Shown: positions 47,183-54,124 of the stretch, in pieces
Position numbering within the stretch: the first letter of the stretch is position 1
Layout: the number at the start of each line of letters is the position of its first letter
NCBI GenBank assembly: GCA_902623415.1
Contig: CACNTU010000002.1
Coordinates: 10,519 to 74,518, forward strand
Length of the DNA: 64,000 bases
Source: an uncultured Pelagibacteraceae bacterium
GTDB taxonomy: Bacteria > Pseudomonadota > Alphaproteobacteria > Pelagibacterales > Pelagibacteraceae
Direction: 5' to 3'
Program-made: the position numbers and the translations under genes
Notes under the pieces: generated by a model
What the model saw: the letters and a program-made list of their open reading frames with translations, nothing else
Told to the model about the DNA's origin: nothing
The model's database searches: none

Positions 47183-48800
47183 ATATTAATATTTATCATG
47201 GTCACTGAATTAAACCAAAATCTAGTTGTTTTTCACTATCGTCTCTTGATCTTGGTATTGATAATGCGGGATCAATATTTGATTGTGGAATATCTAAATT
47301 AAATTTTTTGTCTAAAAAATCAAAAGAATTAACAAGCATCATTTTATTAAATTTTTTATTATTTATTTTATACATCCCTACTGACAGTGCTTCTTTTGTC
47401 ATTTCTTTCGTGGGCTCTCTCGTGCTGATAAATATTCCCCCTAGAGCATTATTTTTTTGAACAGTACGATTAAATTCTCTCACTTCCTTAACACCTATAT
47501 TTTTTCCTCCCTTAACTGAAATTAATATCTTTTTATAATCCTCTTTAGAATCAAACGTTTTAATATAAATCAATCCATCTATACCACCATCAGCTCCCTT
47601 TTTAATTGAACCATCTGACTTCCTAACGTAATCTTGAGCACCAGGAATGTTGTTAACTGCCCAATGTTGAAATTCATACCACTTGTCTGAACCAATCTCT
47701 TTTGCTTCTTTTAGCATGTTGTCTAAATCTCGTTTAGTTTTGGGTAAACCATGGACTTTAAAATTACTTTTTGGAAAAGCATTTTCAATATTATTTTTTA
47801 TTATATTGATTGATAAACACGTTATGTCAATTCCTATCCATTTCAATCCTAGTTCTTCGGCTACATGTATGCTAGTACCACAACCTGCGAAAGGATCTAA
47901 AACTGTATCACCTTTTTGAGTAGATGATTGAATTATTCTTCTGAGTAATCTTCTTGGTTTTTGAGTGGGATATCCTGTTCTTTCTGGATCAGAAGAACTT
48001 AGAGGTTGGATTTCCCACCAATCCTCTGGATGTTTCCCTTTTTCGTTTGGTTTATATGAGTCATAAACTTTATCTCCTCTAAAAGCTTTGGCTTTTGAAT
48101 TTTTGAGTCTTTCTGCAGATGCTTCTGAATAAGGTATTCTCACAGGATCAACATTAAAAAAGTAATCTTTTGTTTTTGAATATCTAAATATTACATCATG
48201 TTTCTTAGCGAAATCTTTTTTAGAAACTCCTCCACCTCTGTAACACCAAATAATTTCATTTCTAAAATTTTTAACACCAAAAATGTTATCCATAATAAGT
48301 TTAATATAATGACTTGCTGTAGGATCGCAGTGAAGGAAAATAGTTCCGTTCGGTTTTAATATATTTCTTAATAAATTTAATCTAGCAGAAATATTTACTA
48401 AATAAGATAGCATATCACTTTCAGCCAAAAAACTTTTTAGAGCGGTTAAAAAATCTTTAATTTGTGTATTCGCTTCACCTAACATAAAATCATCATAAAC
48501 TTTTGCTGTATATTCATCCCACTTCCAAAAATCGGAAAATGCAATAGTCTGTGCTTTATTAAAAGACCCATCTGGTGTTGGAAAAAAAATATTATAATTT
48601 CTCTTACTATTAAAAGGTGGATCTAAATAAATAAGATCAACAGAATCATTTTTGATTTGTTTCAATACTTCAAGATTATCGCCGTAAAATAATTGATTCA
48701 CTTATAAACTATATCAAAGATATTCTAATTATTAAATAAGTGGTGCCCTCGGCCAGACTCGAACTGGCACTCCGCAAGCGGCAAGGATTTTAAGTCCTTT
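47170..48800. mobile_element. One-gene island on the 3' side of tRNA-Leu carrying a DNA methyltransferase fusion
   Basis: Flanked by intact tRNA-Leu and its decayed 3' copy in direct orientation; no integrase. Confidence 0.72.
47202..48701 (-). CDS. Beta-class N6A/N4C DNA methyltransferase with C-terminal Mrr-like nuclease-fold domain
   Basis: YLDPPF precedes YPTQKP and LDPFAGCGT; C-terminal ADGGIDG...ISVKGG...VREF...GIFIS. Confidence 0.85.
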   Translation of the reverse strand: MNQLFYGDNLEVLKQIKNDSVDLIYLDPPFNSKRNYNIFFPTPDGSFNKAQTIAFSDFWKWDEYTAKVYDDFMLGEANTQIKDFLTALKSFLAESDMLSYLVNISARLNLLRNILKPNGTIFLHCDPTASHYIKLIMDNIFGVKNFRNEIIWCYRGGGVSKKDFAKKHDVIFRYSKTKDYFFNVDPVRIPYSEASAERLKNSKAKAFRGDKVYDSYKPNEKGKHPEDWWEIQPLSSSDPERTGYPTQKPRRLLRRIIQSSTQKGDTVLDPFAGCGTSIHVAEELGLKWIGIDITCLSINIIKNNIENAFPKSNFKVHGLPKTKRDLDNMLKEAKEIGSDKWYEFQHWAVNNIPGAQDYVRKSDGSIKKGADGGIDGLIYIKTFDSKEDYKKILISVKGGKNIGVKEVREFNRTVQKNNALGGIFISTREPTKEMTKEALSVGMYKINNKKFNKMMLVNSFDFLDKKFNLDIPQSNIDPALSIPRSRDDSEKQLDFGLIQ

Positions 48801-48826
48801 GTGTCTACCAATTTCACCACGAGGGC
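48741..48826 (-). tRNA. tRNA-Leu(TAA)
   Basis: GCCCTCGTGGTGAAATTGGTAGAC...CTTAAAA loop, long variable arm, GTTCGAGT...CCA. Confidence 0.96.
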
Positions 48827-48908
48827 ATTTGTGAATTTCATGAGTGTTTATGCTAATATTTATAATTGAACAAGGTTAATAAGTAAAATTTTTTTATTTT
48901 ATCTTCCT

Positions 48909-48930
48909 ATGTGCTGGTCTTGTGCTGGTT
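48909..48930. repeat. ATGTGCTGGTCTTGTGCTGGTT (2x TGTGCTGGT, 11-bp period); putative arm sites
   Basis: Exact second copy at 51666-51687. Confidence 0.85.
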
Positions 48931-48956
48931 GTCCTATAAAATCCTATATCTAAAAT

Positions 48957-48976
48957 GTTCTATTAAGGTGAAGGCT
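48957..48976 (-). other. Truncated pilin N-terminal coding stub (AFTLIE)
   Basis: Minus strand A GCC TTC ACC TTA ATA GAA C; reads TTG-K-N-R-A-F-T-L-I-E-H then diverges and stops. Confidence 0.8.
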
Positions 48977-48983
48977 CTATTCT

Positions 48984-49490
48984 TCAACAATAGCCTCCGT
49001 AATCAGATATATCTATCTGATCAGTAAGTTTATCTTTATTATCATTATAGACAGTTTCTATATGAATTATTGGTTTTGAGTTCGTACATCTATTATAAAA
49101 TTCAACAGACCCTTTTATCCCTCTTGGGCCAAAGTTTATTGCGGGATATGTTGGATCATTAAAAGGATGATCTTTTATAACACACCTTAAATGATAAACC
49201 ATATTATTCATAACTGTGCTTACAGATGCAGGAAAAGTTTTAATATTTTGCGATCTACCACAGTTAAAATCTTTTGTTGAGAGTCTATTATTAAAATAAC
49301 CACCATTTATATTTGCTTGCAAAAATGTTGTGTGTAAAAATTTTACTGCGGTTTTGTGATTAGATTTAGCAGCATTAATTTTAGCTGCATTAGTATACCC
49401 ATTATAAGCAACAACACCTACTGCAGCTAGTATACCGATGATTGCTACAACGACTAGGAGTTCTATTAGGGTGAAAGCTTTTTTATTCAA
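48984..49490 (-). CDS. Type IV pilin-like protein 5
   Basis: TTG start, NKKA|FTLIELL... prepilin motif. Confidence 0.9.
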   Translation of the reverse strand: MNKKAFTLIELLVVVAIIGILAAVGVVAYNGYTNAAKINAAKSNHKTAVKFLHTTFLQANINGGYFNNRLSTKDFNCGRSQNIKTFPASVSTVMNNMVYHLRCVIKDHPFNDPTYPAINFGPRGIKGSVEFYNRCTNSKPIIHIETVYNDNKDKLTDQIDISDYGGYC

Positions 49491-50105
49491 TCACCAACCT
49501 TTTCGTGTATCACGTATTTCCTTTTTTAAAGTTACACAGTTTTTAGAACAATCTCCAGATTTATTAGTATCATCATATTGAGATGTTATTAAAATTATAC
49601 AGACTGGATTGCAGCTTTTAACAGTAACATGGATACCTCCTTTTAGGGGACTATCAAATGCGTTACCAGGGTCCCAAGCAGCTTTAAATTTTTTTCCAAA
49701 CCTTGTATTATAACCTCCTTCTTCATAAGGATTTAACCATTGAACTCCTTTTATTTTTCCACCTTTTGTACCACCTGCTGAATTCTTTGCATGATTAATA
49801 AGAAAATTTATTAATTGTCCTGCCCTACCTGCTCTTCCTCCACCACCAGATATATTACACGAATAATTATAATAATTTGGATCCTCTTGTTTATACATCA
49901 ATGACATGTTTTCAGCTCCCAGCTGACACGTTGCAAGTTCTGCTTCTACTAATTTTACAAAAGTATTAAATTGTGATTTCACGGTTGCTTTATTAGCACC
50001 AATTGTAAATTTAGAATAAGCAACAACCCCTACTGCAGCAAGAATACCGATGATGGCTACAACGACTAACAGTTCTATTAGAGTGAAGGCTTTATGTTTA
50101 GCCAT
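49491..50105 (-). CDS. Type IV pilin-like protein 6
   Basis: MAKHKA|FTLIELL...VVAYSKF prepilin motif; Gly-rich variable domain. Confidence 0.92.
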   Translation of the reverse strand: MAKHKAFTLIELLVVVAIIGILAAVGVVAYSKFTIGANKATVKSQFNTFVKLVEAELATCQLGAENMSLMYKQEDPNYYNYSCNISGGGGRAGRAGQLINFLINHAKNSAGGTKGGKIKGVQWLNPYEEGGYNTRFGKKFKAAWDPGNAFDSPLKGGIHVTVKSCNPVCIILITSQYDDTNKSGDCSKNCVTLKKEIRDTRKGW

Positions 50106-51615
50106 ATAAATTCAAAGTTTTCACAAGCTCAGGATTTTGAAACCAATTATCAATCCATGATTTAATATATGATTTAACAGATTCTATACGTTGCTCTCTT
50201 GAGGCATTATCCAAACATGTTTCAAGGGGCTCTAAATACTGAAGTTTTCTTGATTGTTTTTGTTGTTTATTTTCCTTATCGACTTTAGGAATTTTAAAAT
50301 CATATTTAACATTATTACAAACGATATATCTCTTTGGTTTATAAATAGTAACTTCTGACACTAAAATTTCATTAAATAAATTAAGATCATTTTTGTAATT
50401 ATTTAAATTATTCAATGTCAAATATGCTTTTGATATATACGAACCAGTTTTTTTTTTTAAATCTACATTTTTATTAAATAACTTAATTGCAAGATCCTTA
50501 TTTTTTTCGACATTGCCCCAACCATTAAAATATATTATTGCGGGATAAGTACTTACAAAATTATTTGAATCTTTTGGGTTTTTAATTTTACTTTGAAAGT
50601 TTTCCATAAGCACAATAGCTTTTTTAAAGTCAGTTTTTTTATCAGAGCATTCATATATTGATTTAGTTACATCCATTGATGTTCTGCCTAATAATGAAAA
50701 TGTATAATACGCTGTATTCAATAAAGAATCATTTTCGTACAAATAATTATTATATTTTAAAATAAATAAACACTCATCTTTATCTTTTTTCAAATCAAAA
50801 TTCTTGGAAACGTCCATAAGATAGTCTTCCATAGCTAAAAGGTAACCTTCTTTTGCAGCCTCTTTATAAATCTTTATTCTTTCTTCAATGCCTACTTTGG
50901 CGGTATAGGATCCTGTATATATAAGAGCTGGATTATATAATTTTTTTTTATCTAATGAGGCTAAATATCTCTTGAATAAATACTCATCATTAATTTCATA
51001 CAGCGTATAAAAAGATGTTGGATATGTAGCTAGTATATCTTTGGCGATTTGGCTACCTTTGTGAGCCTCCTTTAATAATATTCTAGTAGCCTTACAATGA
51101 TTAAAATTAAATAGATTTTCATCTTTTAGAGCGTAAACTTCTTTAACAAATGAATAAGGTTTGAATTGGAAATAATCTATAAATTGTGTGTGAGCTTTAA
51201 AGAAATATTGAGAGTATTTTCCATATCCAGTGTATGCTATACCAGTTGAATAACATTCTCCCCATTCATCATTCCAAACAATATACTCAAACAGAACTCT
51301 TTCTTTTAAATTTTTATAACCACCTAATGAAATTAAACTTACAATAACACTAAAAATAAAAACACAAACTAAACCTTCAATTGTGTAAAATACGTGTTTA
51401 AATTTTTTTCGAATTTTTTTATAGTATTTAAATATCTTAATCTTATTTCTAAGCACCCATATATATGCAAATGTTATGGGCATTATTAGTGCTACTAATC
51501 CAAATAAATCACTTAAGTTCTGAATTTTTTTATCCAATTGTAAGCCAAGTGCCAAAGCTACAATCCAAAGAATTATATAAAAATAAAATGGTGGTTTTTT
51601 AAAATTAAAATTCAT
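50098..51615 (-). CDS. Hypothetical membrane protein, about 3 N-terminal TM helices, possible Sel1-like repeats
   Basis: Hydrophobic N-terminal segments; YKEAAKEGYLLAM and YFNGWGNVEKNKDLAIKLF resemble Sel1 consensus. Confidence 0.65.
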   Translation of the reverse strand: MNFNFKKPPFYFYIILWIVALALGLQLDKKIQNLSDLFGLVALIMPITFAYIWVLRNKIKIFKYYKKIRKKFKHVFYTIEGLVCVFIFSVIVSLISLGGYKNLKERVLFEYIVWNDEWGECYSTGIAYTGYGKYSQYFFKAHTQFIDYFQFKPYSFVKEVYALKDENLFNFNHCKATRILLKEAHKGSQIAKDILATYPTSFYTLYEINDEYLFKRYLASLDKKKLYNPALIYTGSYTAKVGIEERIKIYKEAAKEGYLLAMEDYLMDVSKNFDLKKDKDECLFILKYNNYLYENDSLLNTAYYTFSLLGRTSMDVTKSIYECSDKKTDFKKAIVLMENFQSKIKNPKDSNNFVSTYPAIIYFNGWGNVEKNKDLAIKLFNKNVDLKKKTGSYISKAYLTLNNLNNYKNDLNLFNEILVSEVTIYKPKRYIVCNNVKYDFKIPKVDKENKQQKQSRKLQYLEPLETCLDNASREQRIESVKSYIKSWIDNWFQNPELVKTLNLYG

Positions 51616-51665
51616 AGGCTAATCTTATCAATAAATTTATTAGGTAGTAATCAAATTATCTTTCC

Positions 51666-51687
51666 ATGTGCTGGTCTTGTGCTGGTT
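51666..51687. repeat. ATGTGCTGGTCTTGTGCTGGTT second copy; putative arm sites
   Basis: Identical to 48909-48930, same orientation. Confidence 0.85.
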
Positions 51688-51762
51688 TTCACAAATTAAT
51701 TAACTCTTATTTTCTAATCTTAATTGAAAGCTAAATTAAAGTTATGAGATTTTATAGGATGT

Positions 51763-51790
51763 TTAGACTGCCTTGGACTACTATGGACTG
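51763..51790. repeat. Three 10-bp-period repeats (TTAGACTG/TTGGACTA/ATGGACTG)
   Basis: gtttagactg ccttggacta ctatggactg. Confidence 0.55.
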
Positions 51791-51812
51791 ACTTTAACTT
51801 CTATCCCTCGGC

Positions 51813-51851
51813 TTTTAAGTCCTTTGTGTCTACCAATTTCACCACGAGGGC
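51813..51851 (-). pseudogene. 5'-half copy of tRNA-Leu(TAA) ending at the anticodon loop
   Basis: 39 bp identical to 48788-48826. Confidence 0.9.
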
Positions 51852-51980
51852 ATTAATGAATTTCATGAGTGTTTATGCCAATATTTATAATTGAACAAGA
51901 GGAATAAGTAAAATTTTTTTATTTTATCTCCCTAGGTACAAGTCTAGTACAAGTTCTCCCATATTATCCTATATCTAAAA

Positions 51981-52001
51981 AGTTCTATTAAGGTGAAGGC
52001 T
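51981..52001 (-). other. Truncated pilin N-terminal coding stub (KAFTLIEL)
   Basis: Directly after pilin stop: (T)AA A GCC TTC ACC TTA ATA GAA CT; 20 bp identical to 48957-48976. Confidence 0.8.
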
Positions 52002-52508
52002 TTATTGCCAGTGATATACTTTTTTCTCATAAATTTTATTTGAACCTTGACTGTCTCCTAAATTACCACAAATTCTAAAATATTTTTTACCATTACTCTC
52101 AGTTCCCCACATGAAATGAATATAACCTTGGCTTGGATTACAGTTTTGGCTTGTGCTAACAGCAAGCACTTTTGAGTCATAAGCATTTTGTTGATTCCAC
52201 GTCCACATTATATGATTATAAAAACCATGCATCTTTTGCTCAACTGAAGAATTGTTACAATGACCAGGATTGTATAATGTTTGACCCCATCCTGCTGGAG
52301 CATGTAAACCTAAGCTGCCTCCGTCTATTTCACACATAGCCATTTTGGTTGCCATAAACTTTTCGATGTCGTCAACTTGTCTTTTAACAACATTAACCTT
52401 TGCACTTTTAGTGTACCCATTATAAGCAACCACTCCCACCGCAGCCAAAATACCGATGATGGCTACAACTACTAAGAGTTCTATTAATGTAAAACCATTT
52501 CTTTTCAT
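52002..52508 (-). CDS. Type IV pilin-like protein 7
   Basis: MKRNG|FTLIELL...; start set at ATG 52508 overlapping upstream stop (ATGA). Confidence 0.92.
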   Translation of the reverse strand: MKRNGFTLIELLVVVAIIGILAAVGVVAYNGYTKSAKVNVVKRQVDDIEKFMATKMAMCEIDGGSLGLHAPAGWGQTLYNPGHCNNSSVEQKMHGFYNHIMWTWNQQNAYDSKVLAVSTSQNCNPSQGYIHFMWGTESNGKKYFRICGNLGDSQGSNKIYEKKVYHWQ

Positions 52509-53089
52509 CTGTGAATAATGCAAACAATTGTACTTAAAACTTTGTCAGAACCTGTTGATGAAAAAGTCCAATACTCATCTGTGAGACCGGATTGAACTAC
52601 CATTTCTCTATCACATCCATTTTTTTCAACAGTCAAACTATAAAGACCAATTTGTCCTTTGCACATTTTTTTACCAAGGTGAGCTGACTGTATAGAGGTC
52701 ATATCAGTCCAACCAGACCAAATATCACAAGTTCTATCTTTACCTACACTTCCATACGGATTTTTTACCATACCTTGATATCCAATGTGTGTTTGCAAAA
52801 CATTTTCGTGAAATGGTGTCTTGTTATAGTCTGTAACGTTAGAGCAATCTTTATTTTGACCACCGCCACTATTATTAGTTTGTCTAAAGATTGTCCCTCC
52901 ATTCATAACACACTTCATAGCGTCAGCTTGAATCCATTTTACAATTGCTTTATGATTTTGCTTAACAACAGCTTTTTTAGCAGAACTTGTATACCCATTA
53001 TAAGCAACAACACCCACTGCAGCTAGAATACCGATAATGGCTACAACGACTAAAAGTTCTATTAGGGTGAAGCCTTTTTGTTTAATCAT
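52505..53089 (-). CDS. Type IV pilin-like protein 8
   Basis: MIKQKG|FTLIELL... prepilin motif; six Cys in variable domain. Confidence 0.92.
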   Translation of the reverse strand: MIKQKGFTLIELLVVVAIIGILAAVGVVAYNGYTSSAKKAVVKQNHKAIVKWIQADAMKCVMNGGTIFRQTNNSGGGQNKDCSNVTDYNKTPFHENVLQTHIGYQGMVKNPYGSVGKDRTCDIWSGWTDMTSIQSAHLGKKMCKGQIGLYSLTVEKNGCDREMVVQSGLTDEYWTFSSTGSDKVLSTIVCIIHR

Positions 53090-53141
53090 GGCTGTCCTAT
53101 TTCTGTAGTTTCATAATCAAGAGTCAATATTTAAAAATATG

Positions 53142-54122
53142 TTATTTTAATATATTATATAATTCATCAGCAACATATTTGTGTCCAAAATCACTTAAGT
53201 GACCATCAACTCTAAATGTATATTTTTCACCAATATCAAAATCATAATAATTTAAATTGTTAAAATTATTTGATTTACCTTTTGGAAAATTGCGAAATTT
53301 CATGTCATATCCATTTACGTAAAAAACTATTATTTCTTTATTTTTTAAAATTTGACTTTCTCTAAGTCTCTTCTCGAATAAATCTTTGTGGTTATTAAAG
53401 TCCATCAATTGATTTTTTTTAGTCAAAATATCAATTGGAATAGTTAATGCATATCTAAAGGATTTTCTAAGTTTTTTAAAGAAAGACATTGATTTGCTTT
53501 TTACAATAATATCAAATTTTTCTTTAGCTATAATCTGATTATTTTTTTTGAAATCTTTATTTTCACTATAGTCATTATAACAATATTGGATTATTACTGT
53601 GCTAGCTTTATTTATTAAATTAGATTTTTCTAATCTAATTAACTCTCTTGCAGTTCCATAGCCAGAGACTGCCAAATTATATACAGGTCTATTAATTTTA
53701 TGTTCTAAAATAGAAGAAAAAGTATCACCATCATTTACACCCCAGCCCATCGCATGTGAATCACCAAGCACAACAATACCGTTATTATCATTTGGTGGAT
53801 GGTTAGAAAATCTTCCAAAATCGTCAAATTTTAAACTAGTATCAAACTCAATATTTTTAAAATCGCATGATGTTTTTTTTGGGACAAAAATTAATTCTTT
53901 ATCATAATCAATGCAATTTTCATTGGATTGCCAAATTTCTCTAATACCTCCAAATTGATAAAAATTTCTTTGATAATCTCTAATTAACTTAAAGTCAGGA
54001 GTAATTTTATTCACTAAAAGAAAAGCACTAAAAATATAAAGCGAAAAAAAAATAAATATATAATTTATTAAAATTAAAAAAATTATACCTAAAATTTTTG
54101 AAAAAAATTTTTTTTTAAGCAT
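53142..54122 (-). CDS. Membrane-anchored SGNH/GDSL hydrolase-like protein
   Basis: N-terminal TM; VLGDSHAMG, NLAVSGYG, YND, DGHLSDFGH blocks. Confidence 0.8.
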   Translation of the reverse strand: MLKKKFFSKILGIIFLILINYIFIFFSLYIFSAFLLVNKITPDFKLIRDYQRNFYQFGGIREIWQSNENCIDYDKELIFVPKKTSCDFKNIEFDTSLKFDDFGRFSNHPPNDNNGIVVLGDSHAMGWGVNDGDTFSSILEHKINRPVYNLAVSGYGTARELIRLEKSNLINKASTVIIQYCYNDYSENKDFKKNNQIIAKEKFDIIVKSKSMSFFKKLRKSFRYALTIPIDILTKKNQLMDFNNHKDLFEKRLRESQILKNKEIIVFYVNGYDMKFRNFPKGKSNNFNNLNYYDFDIGEKYTFRVDGHLSDFGHKYVADELYNILK

Positions 54123-54124
54123 TA

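Larger units (their letters stand above)
48788..48976. repeat. 189-bp module copy A (tRNA-Leu 5' half, upstream region, tandem repeat, pilin stub)
   Basis: Collinear and highly similar to 51813-52001. Confidence 0.92.
48788..51825. mobile_element. Integrase-less island on the 5' side of tRNA-Leu (membrane protein plus two pilins)
   Basis: Bounded by the two 189-bp module copies beginning at the anticodon loop; identical 22-bp tandem motif near both ends. Confidence 0.75.
51813..52001. repeat. 189-bp module copy B
   Basis: Collinear with 48788-48976; tandem motif changed to 2x GTACAAGT at 51936 and 51947. Confidence 0.92.

Noticed and set aside
43900-52001. CRISPR array
   Set aside because: Repeats are 6-9 bp at 10-11 bp period or single long duplications; no repeat-spacer series and no cas genes.
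43996-53089. Diversity-generating retroelement or shufflon acting on pilins
   Set aside because: No reverse transcriptase, no template/variable repeat pair with A-specific differences noticed, and no inverted cassettes; all pilins are on one strand.
43996-53089. Classical integron
   Set aside because: No intI in the window, and gaps between pilins are a few bp or overlapping, leaving no room for attC hairpins.
43867-53141. Prophage
   Set aside because: No integrase, capsid, terminase or replication genes despite att-like repeats.
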